Source: Octopus sinensis
Lineage: Eukaryota
Length of the DNA: 64,000 bases
Assembly: GCF_006345805.1 (NCBI RefSeq)
Contig: NC_042998.1
Location: 171,058,001-171,122,000 of the forward strand
Direction of reading: 5' to 3'
Numbering within the stretch: position 1 is the stretch's first letter; the number at the start of each line of letters is the position of its first letter. Of this stretch, positions 13,964 through 26,900 are shown in pieces. The position numbers were made by a program, and so were the translations under genes. The notes below the pieces were generated by a model. The model made no database searches, was not told where the DNA came from, and saw nothing but the letters and a program-made list of their open reading frames with translations.

Positions 13964-14478
13964 CAACCAAGAGAATACCCTCCATCAGGCATTTGCCATA
14001 TTCTGAACGACTTACTTCCCTGGGCATGGATACATTGAAACTCCGACGTCTGGCAGCTGACTTGGCAGACACCTATAAAATTATTAACCATCTTACAAAC
14101 AATAACTCTGAGCACCTTTTCAAACACCACCTGTCTAACACCCATGGACATGTTTACAAAGTCAGAAAACAGCACAGCTTTCGTGACTTTCGGAAGCATT
14201 TTTTCATGCTAAGAGTTGCTGAAGTATGGAACAAACTGTCAGCATCAGTTGTTAGTTGTTGGAGCACTGCATCCTTCAAAACTTCCATGTTTCCTGAGAT
14301 TCGCCAACACTACACCTGATTTTCTCCCCTCCATACACATGCAAGCATGTATCTGACTCATACACTGTTCACTTTCCAGACATTTGTACATTACTGCATA
14401 TGCTGTATACGCACTTTTGAAAAGTTGTGGTGCACCTGAGCACTGTATACAATAATTTCATTATTATTATTATTATTA
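13964..14478 (+). mobile_element. CR1-clade LINE 3' fragment
   Basis: Near-identical to 20640-21150 (TKRIPSIRHLPY...EIRQHYT), (ATT)n tail. Confidence 0.9.
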
Positions 14479-15987
14479 ACAATCTCCATTTCTTCTAGCC
14501 TTTGATATTTGAGACATTAGGAAGGGCTGGGCCACTAAGAGCAAAGTTCTTGTCATTGTTGACCACTCGCCTTACTGAGGTGTCAGGTGGTGCCTGTGAG
14601 GGTGCTTGGCTGTTCCAGTGCTTTAGCCTTGCCATCATCAATGATAATGCTGCAAGTGTGTTAGCTTGCTTCAGTAGGTTCTGTTGAAACTTGTGGTGTG
14701 CAACCAATTGAAGCACTTGGTGGTGAATTGATGTTTCTTTTCTTTTCCCCCTTTTTCCTCTTTTTTCTTCTTTCTTTGCTCATGTTTATGTTTGGTTTGG
14801 GATTTGTATTTCAATATGGTTTTGTATTATATATCATATACATATGTGTTATATATGTAATAGAATTAATATTAACTAAAAAATTAGCTTCCATACTGTT
14901 TAGTGCTTCCAATCAGTTATTCATTATTATCAAGCTATCAATATCTTCTGTAATGGACAGTTTCTGTAAGATGTCTATATCTAAATAAAAATATAACTTC
15001 AGTTATAACAATGTTGGTAAAATTTCAATCAGCTGCTCAGTACAGTGTGTTTACCGCCTTCCTTATGTCCCATACAGAAGATGCCAAAACTTTCAAATAA
15101 TGCTTAGTTCACCAACTTCGTGAAAAGGTAACAGTTCACCTGACACAGCAAACATGATGATTCTCAATCCCACAGATGCTGATCATCCGTTGGAAATTCT
15201 TTCAAAAGAATGCTGGGTACACATCTTCCACTCTGTGATGCAAGAAAGCAACAGAGACTGTATAGTGTACAAAAGCTCAACTAAAAGAGTACAGATATTC
15301 CTTTATTGAAATGGTTGCACAGACAAAACACACCTTTGCTCAAAACAATGCTTTATAAGTATCATAATGATGTGGATATGTAAGGTTCTTGACATTAATC
15401 ATGTTGGAATACATAGACATGGTGGAATATATTTTAAGGATTTAAAAAAAAATTCATTAGTTATATAAAACTGCATGTAGATTCATGAAATGAGTCATTT
15501 TACAGTGAAAGGCACCAAAATTTGCAATTAGAAAGGATATGCAATTTGGATCTATTAGCAAAAAATTTTCACTACACTATAGTGCAATACCACTAACAAA
15601 TACAATATTTATATATATTTTCTGAAATTACATTTAATTATTTATAATTTAATATATAATAATATTCTAGGTCTCCTTCATAATTATCCACATAAGCAAG
15701 GAGATTTCAAAGCCTCCATACACTTATAAATTTTAGTGAAGGAGAAAATCCTTGAGAAAATCCTTGAGAAAAAAAAACAAACCCAGCAAACAATCTCTGA
15801 TACTCTTATCAAATCATTAAATGCGAAAATGTTTAAAAATAGAGAAAAAGATGTTATGATAACATTATCACCAGGATCCTATTAAATCTTGATAAAAATG
15901 TAATATTAGTGAAAATAAAAAAAACAACAACAGTGTATGATCAAAATATAAACAGGTGTAGCTTCTCAGAAGATTGAACCTCTATCA

Positions 15988-16028
15988 ATGTGTGTGTATC
16001 TATATGTGTGTGTGTGTATATGTGTGTG

Positions 16029-16071
<43 letters not shown>

Positions 16072-16115
16072 ATATGTATGTACGTATGTATGTATGCATG
16101 TATGTATATATATAT

Positions 16116-16195
<80 letters not shown>
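15988..16195. repeat. Compound (TG)n/(TATG)n/(TA)n microsatellite
   Basis: Direct reading. Confidence 0.95.
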
Positions 16196-16196
<1 letters not shown>

Positions 16197-16235
16197 CTTC
16201 TGTTAGTTTAAACTGTTAATTTGAACAGAATTTAG
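16195..16235 (+). other. Candidate non-coding first exon of paralog B
   Basis: Strong donor tttag|gtaaga at 16236, directly after a (TA)n tract. The ATG exon at 17910 starts with an acceptor, so an upstream UTR exon is expected. Confidence 0.35.
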
Positions 16236-16329
16236 GTAAGAAAACAATCATTACACTTCTTATTGCTTTTATTTTTATGGGTTTCTACATGTAGAAACTC
16301 ACTGATGCACATCCATATATCTAACTCCC

Positions 16330-17270
16330 TAAGTCCCTATTCTCTTTGAATTTCCTGTTCTTGATCTTCTGTCTTTGAAAAGATCACCTCGGTCATCCAT
16401 TTTTTTTTTCATTTTATTCATTTTCTTTGGCAAGATTTCCTGGGCTGTTCTACTAATGTGTTCTCATTACTTCCCGGGTATTCTCCTTGCCATTATCAAT
16501 CAATTGATTAAATTTGTTCTCAACGTTGATGGAATGCTCCAGCTCTACCTTTGGCTTATTCAGTCACTCAATATCCAGTTTCTCTGCAGTGCTTGCTCTC
16601 TTCAACTTCTCTAATTTACACTGGAGTGTGCACACCACTGGTACATGGTTGCTCCCACAGTCATATGCTTTTGTGTGTTTCAGTGATCTTTTAAATCTGT
16701 CATTGATGGAGATATAACCAATCCCCCCATGTGTAAATTCTTCTGGTGTGCTCCTTAAACCATGTATTTGTAATAATCTTTTTCTTTACCTCACACTACC
16801 ATATCCATCTCTCACCTCACTCATCTTTCTCACCAATTCCATACTCACCAACTGCTTGCCATTCTGTCCATGCCCCCCTTTTGCATTCAGATCTCCCTTG
16901 ATGATATTACTTTCATCTGACTTGCTCTTTCAAGGTCTCATAGACGGCATCAGAATTCTCTTCGGTGCATAAGCAATTATTAAATGGATGTCTATGCTGA
17001 TTGACCAACAGGACTCTTTCACTTACTGTCCAGTAGTCAAGGATACATTCTGCCATATCAGGATCTAAAAGTAATCTTACTAATTTTTCATATTTGTTAC
17101 TACATGTGTAGATCATCTTGAAATCATTGATGATGAAGTTACCATTATTCGGACACTTCGTTTCATATATACCCAGGATGTTGATGTTTAGTCTTATCAT
17201 CTCTTGCTGAACATTTTCAAGCTTGCCACTTTGATATAAAGTTGTCACATTCCGGGTTCCAACTCTGACA
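16330..17270 (-). mobile_element. Degraded RTE-type LINE, apurinic endonuclease region
   Basis: VGTRNVTTLYQSGKLENVQQEMIRLNINILGIYET.. is a typical APE N-terminus. Confidence 0.75.
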
Positions 17271-17308
17271 GTGCTGCTTGCTGCTGCTGAAGATGATGTT
17301 GTTGTTGT

Positions 17309-17342
<34 letters not shown>

Positions 17343-17358
17343 AATGATGATCTTCAAG

Positions 17359-17884
17359 TACCATAAATTCTCGAATATAGTCCGCCCTTAAGTATAATAC
17401 GCAGGGGATTTTTAGGGGGCTGTACTTCTGAAAAACCTAAACCTTGTGTATAATACGCACCCCTTCTCTAACTTGAGTCATGCGTAATTAAGCCAGCAGC
17501 ACCTAGTCGAACAAACACTTCCACGCATGCATAATACAATAATGGTGATGTTCTTAACTGTTATATGGGAATGTAAATATGTTTGCAAATTGGTTTTGTT
17601 ACATGTTATTCTGTGTTCTGAATACTTTTATTTTAATAAATGTTGCTTACTGCAAGTTTTGGATGATTCTTTTATATCTTCATTGCTTTCAGGTTTATCT
17701 TAAGGTATTTTCGCACCCAGCATCACAAAATGCATCTGAATAAACATTGCCGGACAGCAAATAGAGACTCAAACATTGCTTAGAAAATATTTTTCATTTT
17801 TAACCTCGTATATAGTATGCACTAGGAATTTTGACCTTTAAATTTTGGGAAAAAAATGCAGATTATACTCGAGGAATTACGGTA
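17359..17884. mobile_element. Tc2/pogo-like MITE with TA target site
   Basis: TIRs ta-ccataaattctcgaatatagtccgc / gcagattatactcgaggaattacgg-ta. Confidence 0.75.
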
Positions 17885-17913
17885 ATTACTGGGGAATTTT
17901 TTTTTCCAGAAAA

Positions 17914-17980
17914 ATGTATACTCAGAGTTTCTTCATTGTCTGCTGCCTTTCCAGTCTGTTGTGTTTCATCAGTGCAGGAG
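17914..17980 (+). CDS. Paralog B signal-peptide exon
   Basis: tttttccag|aaaaATG TAT ACT...GCA GGA G|gtatgt; encodes MYTQSFFIVCCLSSLLCFISAG. Confidence 0.8.
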
Positions 17981-20900
17981 GTATGTTACTTTACTAAGTA
18001 TTTACCAGTTCATTTTAAAGATGTGATTAAAAAAAAAAAAAAAAAAAAAACTGGCTGCTATTTCTAGTAGGTCAAACCTCATTGGATTATTGATATTGTT
18101 AATATTATAGTTGTTGCTGCTGTTATTCCTTTTATTGTTGTTACTGCTGAAGTTTGCCATCCTGTTGTCATTATTGCTATAGTTATTGTTGGTGTTTTTA
18201 TGGTGACTTCTGCTTTTGTTGTTATTATTGTTGTTATTTCTGTATTTGCTGTTGTCATCACTGCTGCTGTTGCTGCTGCTGCTGCAGCAGCCATTGTTAC
18301 AATTACTGTTCACGAGAGTAGCTGTGTGAAAAGTGCCACACCTTAGCAGTTGAGGGAACCTGTGGAAGAGGTAGACCCAGGAAGACCTGGGATGAGGTGG
18401 TGAAGCACAACCTTTGAACATTAGGCCTCACCGAGGCAATGACTAGTGACCGAGACTTTTGGAAATATGCTGTGCTTGAGAAGACCCGGCAAGCCAAGTG
18501 AGACCATAACCTCGTGGCCTATGCTAGGGATGTAACCAGCCCACTTATGCATACCTTTCCTTCATTAGACACTAAACTCTGCTTGCGAAGACCTGTTGAG
18601 GCAAGTGAAATCGAAATCGAAATCAAATTTGATGACTGGCATCCATGCTAGTAGAGCACTAAGAGCACCATCTGAGCATGATCGTTACCAGAGCGGCTAA
18701 CTGGCTTCTGTGCTGGTGGCATGTAAAAAGCACCATTCAAGCATGATTGTTACCAGCGGCGCCTTACTGGCACTTGTGCTGGTGGCACGTGAAAAAACTT
18801 TCAAGTGAGGTCATTGCCAGTGCTGCTGGACTGGCTCCTGTGCAGGTAGCATGTAAAAAACACCATTTGAGTGTGGTCATTGCCAGTACTGCCTGACTGG
18901 CCCTCATGCTGGTGGCATGTAAAAGCACCCACTCTTGGAGTCGTAGGCATTAAGAAAGACATCCAGCTGTAGAAACTCTGCCAGATCAAGATTGGAGCCT
19001 GATGCAGCCATCTGGTTTGCCAGTCCTCAGTCAAATCGTCCAACCCATGCTAGCATGGAAAGCGGACGTTAAATGATGAAATGATGATGATGTTGGTGTT
19101 TAGCCCTGTGTCAGCCCTGATTGAGCAATCCTATAATCAAAGGCATTTCAATCATGTCCATCCAGCCATTTTAGTGTATCTAGGACTACATTATCAAATG
19201 TGACCTTTCCTTATTGATTTAAATTTTCAAATTTTGGCACAAGGCCAGCAATTTCGGGGAGGGGTAAGTCAATTACATTGACCCCAGTGCTCCTTTTATC
19301 AGTACTTATTTTATCGATCCTGAAAGGATTAAAAACAAAGTCAACCCTGGTGAAATTTGAACTCAGAACATACAGATGGATGAAATACCGTTAAGTATTT
19401 TGCTTGGCATGCTAACAATTCTGCCAATTCATTGCCTTGAGTCCTTTCCTTTTTAAGACTAATAATGTGGAATGTCATTTCAGGGAGATTTAGTTGCTGC
19501 TTCTAGCAGGTTGACTGACTACATAGAGGTTCCTTTGTTGGCTTGGCTCACTACAATAACAGAAGATATTGTTGTTGCTGTTATTGTTGCACCCTTGGAA
19601 GTATCAAAATTATGGTCAGTTATAACTATAGCTTAACTTAGTTGTGTCAAGCTGACTGCAAGCCAGATCTGTTCCATGACAATATTTAATCAAGGTGCTG
19701 GTTCAATTTTATTAAAAAAAAAATTGAAAGCCTTATAGAAAAATGTTTTAAATATTCTGTAAAATATATATCATTGGCATGGGCTCAGAATTAGAGCCTG
19801 ACAGGAATTGGGATTAACATCTGTTCTGATCAAATCACTGCACCTTAAGGAATCATTCGTTATCTCAGTTACTGAAAAAGAAGCTTATGAATCCATATAT
19901 CAAAAGGAGTGAGCTATTTCCCCTTAACTTTATCAATACATAAGAGATTTTTTTATTTTTGCAAAATTGTGCACATGTTCATTTCAATGGAGTCCAGTGA
20001 TATTACATGAATGCTACTGAAAGGCTTTGTAACTGAAACTGTGCAAGCAATAGACTTCTTAAGAACTGTAGAATTGTACATATCCATCTTTGAGCAATTT
20101 CTATCTCTTTGCACATTCATAGGAATTAATAGGACTATATATACACTACGTGGTGTATATACACATTTCTGCAGACAAACTATTCTAATATTTCCTTCCT
20201 TACTTCTCAAAATAAAGAGGTCAAATCCTGTACACTATAGATCTCTATTGCAAGCAGACCTGGACACAATGCAGCAGTGGATCATGGACTGGCAACTCAA
20301 GCTGGCTGTGGACAAATGTACTACCATGCATTTTGGGAGGAGAAACCCAGCGTCCACCTACTCCCTCCACAACACTAGTCTCAAAAAGTCTTCATGTGAA
20401 TGTGACCTGGGTGTTATTGTCGACAGTGATTTGAGTTGGACAAAACACATCGCTAAAATTGTCAAGAAGGCTGAGGGTGTCTTGGCATCACTCGCCAAAT
20501 CCTTTGTGAACCGCTCTCCGGCTATCTATCTGCGGCTTTATATAGCTATGGTAAGACCTCACCTAGAATTTGCATCACCGGTCTGGAACCCCTATCTTGC
20601 CCAGGACATCAATCGACTGGAAGCTGTTCAGCGACGTGCAACCAAAAGAATACCCTCCATCAGGCATTTGCCATATCCTGAACGCCTTACTTCCCTGGGC
20701 ATGGACACATTGAAACTCCGACGTCTGGCAGCTGACTTGGCAGACACCCATAAAATTATCAACCATCGTACAAACAATAACACTGAGCACCTTTTCAAAC
20801 TCCACCCATCTAACACCCGTGGACATATTTACAAAGTAAGAAAACAGCACAGCTCCCATGACTTCAGGAAACATTTTTTCACGCTGAGAGTTGCTGAAGC

Positions 20901-23390
20901 ATGGAACAAACTGCCGGCATCGGTTGTTAGTTGTCGGAGCACTGCATCCTTCAAAACGTCCATGCTTCCTGAGATTCGCCAACACTACACTTGATTTTCT
21001 CCCCTCCATACACACACAAGCATGTATCTGACTCATACATTGTTCGCTTTCCAGACATTTCTACATTACTGCATGTACTTTATATGCACTTTCTGACAAG
21101 TTGTGGTGCACCTGAGCACTGTATACAATAATTTCATTATTATTATTATTTTACAGTTGATAAAGTTGTTATAATATATATTGACCTATTTAGCCATTTA
21201 GTTTTGCCTACATTATGGCTCATAAAATCTAGTTTATGCTTCAATATAGCCCACAAAGCCAAAAAAGTTTGATACCACTGGTTTAACTACTGCACACAAA
21301 ATATCATCATCATCATCATCATCATAACCATTTAACATTCATTTTCCATGCCTGCATGAGTTATATGATTTGAACAGATCTGAGGATATCATAATATTTG
21401 AGCTATGATCTTTCTAAATTATTGAAGAGTATTGAAAAGGTGTTTTATTGATCACTGAAAATGAACAATATTTCACATCTTATTTTTAATTTGTTTCAGT
21501 CATTGGGCAGTGGCCATTCTTGGTACCACAGCGAAAGGTTTAGTCAAATGAACTGACCCCAGCCGTTTAAGTCTGGTACTTATTCTACTGGTCTTTTTTT
21601 TTTACCAAAATGCTAAGTTACAGGGATGTAAACAAACCAGTATGGAGGAATGGAGGGATGGATGGATGCATTGAGGGGCTACATCGTGCTCCCTGTCAGC
21701 TTTGGCATGGTTTCTATGACTGGATGTCCTTCACAATGCCAGTGTATTTTTTCATGCTACCAACACTAGTACAGTTGCCAAGTAACTTGCAAGACAGGAA
21801 AGAAGTGAAGGTAAAAAGGGGAAAAGGGAAAACCCTCTTGACTAAGTGGCAGCAGTAGTTGAAAGAGTAAGAAAGTGATTTAATGTCAAGTTCAAAGAGC
21901 TCCTTTGCTATAGAAAAGATACATAGTTATTCCACATCATCATCATCATCATCGTTTAACGTCCGTTTTCCATGCTAGCATGGGTTGGACGATTTTGACT
22001 GAGGGCTGGCAACCAGATAGCTGCACCAGGCTCCAATTTTGATCTGGCAGAGTTTCTACAGCTGGATACTCTTCCTAACGCCAATGTATATAAAAATGGG
22101 TGTATCTGGGAAAGCTAAGATGGTAGTGATGTGGTACCAGAGCAAAAACCCTGAATAGTTCCTGAAAATATTAGAGGTGACAGAGATGCTAGAACAAATA
22201 TAACTCAATGAAATAAACATAATTGTCTAGTTTGTATTACTTCAGTACACGTATCAATAATAATCCCTTCTACTATAGGCACAAGGCCTGAAATTTTGGG
22301 GGAGGTGGCTGGTTGATTACATCAACTCCAGTGTTCCACTGGTACTTAATTTATCAACCCTAAAGAGATGAAAGGCAAAGTCAATCTCAGTGGAATTTGA
22401 ATTCAAAATGTAAAGACAAATGAAATTCCACTAAGCATTTTTCCCAGCATGATAATGATTCCGCCAGCTCACCACCTTCATATATTAATAATAATAGTAA
22501 TAAAATTAATTGATATGGTAACTGTTGCTTGTTATTTCCCTTTACATTCTGAATTCAAGTTTCACCTGGACCCACTTTGAATTTCATCTTCCTGGGGTTC
22601 ATAAATTAAGTTCCAACCAAGTACTGAAGCTGATATAACTAATTATAACCTCCCATGAAACGTGTTGCTCTGTCTCTATCTTAAAAAAATTGTTGTTTCT
22701 GTTTTCTTTAAGTTTACAGTGCTACATCAGAAGATGCTCTATATCAAATCATTTCTCTTGTATTTTAGATCCACCATCCTGTACACATAAAGGAGTCACT
22801 CATAAACATGGTGATGAATGGGGAGAGAAGTGTGTCAAATTTGGCTGTCAGCAGGGTAAAGTTAAATTAATAAATGCAGGTAAGACTTGTTGGCTATATT
22901 AATTTCATTTAGGAATGTATGTGCTTTGTAAATTCTAGTTCCACAAATACAATGCAGTTGTAGAGAAGAAAGTGAACAGACATGGTTGTGTGGGTAAGGA
23001 GCTTATTTTGCAACCATGGGGTTTCCAGTTTAGCCCCACTGTTTGGCACTTTGGGAAAGTGTCTTCTCCTATAGCTCTGGGCATTCTAAAATACTATTAA
23101 ATTTCATTCAATTTTAAAAAAAGGTAAAATCGGACAGAACTTATGGGATGACCTAATAGTTCTTAAATTTGACAGAAAGGAGTAGGCTGGTTCGTTGGTG
23201 TAATCGGTAACACACTTAGTCCTGTTAACAAAGGGATGTAGGTTTGAGTCTCATGTGTATGGGAAAGCCTACTTTTTTCTGTTGTGTGGCTTATACGCCC
23301 CATTATTAGACCATTTTCCTTAGTCATTTGCTTTAAGCTTAAAAAATATACCATTATTATTATTTACATATATATATGTGTGTGTGTGTG

Positions 23391-23425
<35 letters not shown>

Positions 23426-23879
23426 TAGCTGGATTCGTGAAAACTTCATGGTAAACATAAAAAAATGTAAGCATCTGTAAATTGTGTACTGGTGCCATGA
23501 AAAATGTTTCTATATTGTGACATTTACAGTAATATCCAATAGAATATGGTAGTTAATTATATTGTTGGAAAGTGAAAGTAGCATCCAATATTTGCTGTGG
23601 TTAAGTATCTGTATACTCTGAAAATACTGATAAACATTTAAAAACAAACTCACTCTCTCTCACTTTAACACTCACTTAAAGTATATTTCCTCTGCTTAAC
23701 ACTTTTTAGTGTTATTTTTCTTTCTACCTCTCCCTTTGAGTGTAGAAAAGTAACAGGTATTTGCTGAGAGAGAGAGACAGACAGAAGGAGAGAGAGAGAG
23801 AGAGTGCATAAGAGAGAAAGAGAGAGAGAAGCAGACAAGACAGAATAACAGACAGACAGACAGATAGATAGATAGATAG

Positions 23880-23938
<59 letters not shown>

Positions 23939-26900
23939 GCTGCTGTTAGGACTGAATTAACACCCATAGTGACCCTAATGACTAAAATGATTTTCCTGCC
24001 TCTGTATTGGGTCTTTTTTTGTTTTCTTCCAACCACTTGAAAGCTTATCTTCCTCCAGTCCACTCATCTAGCCAAAATTAGTTGTAGCTGTAATTCAAAG
24101 GGGCCAGCCTTGTCACATTCTGTGTGAGGCTGAATCTCCCTGAGAACTATGTTAATTAATTTTGTCCTCATGTGGTAATGAAAAGTGAAAGTGACATCCA
24201 ATATTTGCTGTAGTTATTTGTCTTTGATTTACTAATGTGTCTATGTATCTACTTTTCTTTCGATGTATGCATCAGTCTACTCTGAAAATACTGATTAATA
24301 TTCTTCCGCTCTTCCTTTCACTCACCACTCACTCTTTCTCTTTCTCTCTCTCTCTCACTTTGCACCTCTGGCTTTCTTTGTACCTCTCCCTTCAACCTTT
24401 TTACCTTTTCCTTTGAAGTAAGTGTGACACACTACAGGTATGTACAAAAACAAACAAAACTAAGCATATTAATATTATTGATTTATGTCTGTGTTTGTCC
24501 CCACCCCCACCACCACCACTTGATAATTGGTGTTGCTGTGTTTACATTCACATAACTTAGTGGTTTGGTAAAAGAGGTCAATGAAAAAGTACCAAGCATA
24601 AAAAAGAAAGAACTGGTGTTGACTTATTTGATTGAAATTCTTCAAGGCAGTGCCGTAGCATGGCTGCAGTCTGATGACTGAAATAGATAAAAGAACCACT
24701 AAATTCCTTAGTAAAACTTAAAGCTAAAGGAGGTAACCCTTGTACCTCTCACGGTCACTTTATCTGCTAGAAATAACAACCCAAATGCTTTTAAATCAGA
24801 TCCCAATGCTGGATGTTCAAGAACCAAATGAAGGGCAGATTTTCAATCCTGGGATCATCCTGATTCCAAAAAGGTAAGAAAAAGGTCTATGTAGAGCAAA
24901 TGTAGACTGAGACACAGGGATCCCAGACAGACAGAATTTCTTCATCATCATCATTTAATGTCTGTTGTTCATGCTGGCATGGGTTGGATGATTTGATAAG
25001 GGCTGCACCAGACTTCAGTCTGATTTGGCATGGTTTCTATCGCTGGATGCCCTTCCTAACGCCAACCACTCATAGAGTGTAATGGGTGCTTTTACGTGCC
25101 ACCAGCATGGGTGCCATTTGCGTGACACCAGTATCTGCCATGACTGCAATTTTGCTTGGCTTGATGGGTCTTCTTCTCAAGCATGACATAATGCCAAAGG
25201 TCTCAATGGGTTTTCTTCTCAAGCATGTCATAAAGCCAAAGGTCTTGGTCAGGCCCAACACTTGAAAGGAGCTCAGCCACTTTGCCTCCGTAGGACCCAA
25301 AATCACTTTTATTAATATAGATGTAATAGTTGTAAACTAAAAAATTAACTTTCATTTTCTTTATTACAGCTTGTGACAGTGGTGCTATATGCAGAGCAAT
25401 AGGTAGTCACTGGACAAATTATTGCATTGCTTACACTTGCCTCCATAAAAATGGTAAATTAGTCGTTAAGAAACTTAACATGCGTAAGTTGAGTGAATTG
25501 TTTCAAATTATTAAATCATTTAATTTTTTTTCTTTCAAATGTTTATTCTTTTATTCTTTTACATGTTTCAGCCCTAAGGTTGTGGCCATGCTAGAGCACT
25601 GCCAATTCATTTATTTTAACCAAAACTAAATATTATAGATATCTATCCATGTAGATATCTAAAGTCCTTGTCAGTATTTAACAGAAGTAAATAACTACAT
25701 TTATTACATTTCAAGAACTGCAGTTGGCTGAATCAAGTGTCAAACAGTTGACTTAGGTATTAACACTTCATATCCAGTCTGTAGAGCTCTGTGACCATAC
25801 TCAAAATACTTAGCTCTCAAATAAACCAAACATCTAAAATGAAATTGGGACCATGGATGGTGCATCTTTCTGCATTGGAGAGCAAAAATATTCTTCATTA
25901 GCTTGCAGTACTGCAATGAAACCCTTCATTGAATATTGTTCAGAAAAGTGGATCATTTTTACCAATCTGCCTTGCTTATTTTTTGCAGGACAAAACCTAC
26001 AGGTGGTGCTCTTATGATCCAATGTCTTATGAGACACACACGTATCTATGCCAATGTTTAATTTAAATTTCATTTTAAATCATTACCATCATCATAATTT
26101 AACGTCCATTCTATCATAGGTTGGATGGTTTGACCAGGGTTGTTAAGCTGCACCAGACTCCAGTCTGATTTGGCATGGCTGGATGCCCTTCCTAACACCA
26201 ACCACTCCAAGAGTGTAATGGGTGCTTCTGTGTGTCAGTTGCGTGACAACTGTGTATCTTCCATGACTACAAATTCACTTGGCTTGATGGATCTTCTTCT
26301 CAAGCACAGCATATTGTCAAAGGTCTTGCTCATTTGACATTGCCTCTGTGAAGCCCAATGCTTGAAAGGTGCTTTTTATGTGACACAAGCATCGGCCACA
26401 TTGCCTCCATGAGGCCCAACACTCAAAAGGTGCTTTTTACATGCCACTGGTAGGGGTGCCAGTTGTGACACTGACAATTATTTCACTTGGCTTGAGAGGT
26501 CTTCTCAAGCATGGCATATTGCCAAGTCTCAGAAACTAGTCATTGCCTCTGTGAGGTCCATGTTTCACCAGCTCATCCCATGCCTTCTTGGGTTTCCCTC
26601 CACTGTTAGAGATTGGCACTTCTTCAAACAGCTGTCCACATTCATCCACATCACATGACTAAACCAGTGCAGTTGTTTCTCTCGCACACATCTGATGCAC
26701 TTATACTCAACTTTTCTCTCAAGATGCTTATACTGTCATACATGCACACTGACATTATACATCCAATGAAGCATACTTGCTTCATTTCTTTCAAGCTTAT
26801 GCATGTTCTTGGCAGTTACAGCTCATGTAGCATGGCTGTTTGCACACAGGCATCATACAATCTACCTTTCACTCTGAGGGAGAAGCCCTTTGTTACCAAC

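Noticed and set aside
14490-15420. Coding-like unique stretch (ORFs 14495-14716, 14698-14988)
   Set aside because: Multiple stops in the most plausible frame and no splice sites; probably an old transposon remnant that I cannot assign
18002-18421. Asn/Ser-rich minus-strand ORF
   Set aside because: Degenerate (TTG)/(CTG) trinucleotide repeats adjoining an RTE fragment
20011-20994. 327-aa ORF as a host gene or active reverse transcriptase
   Set aside because: 5'-truncated CR1 LINE lacking the catalytic YADD; its N-terminal ~65 aa are read-through of flanking DNA
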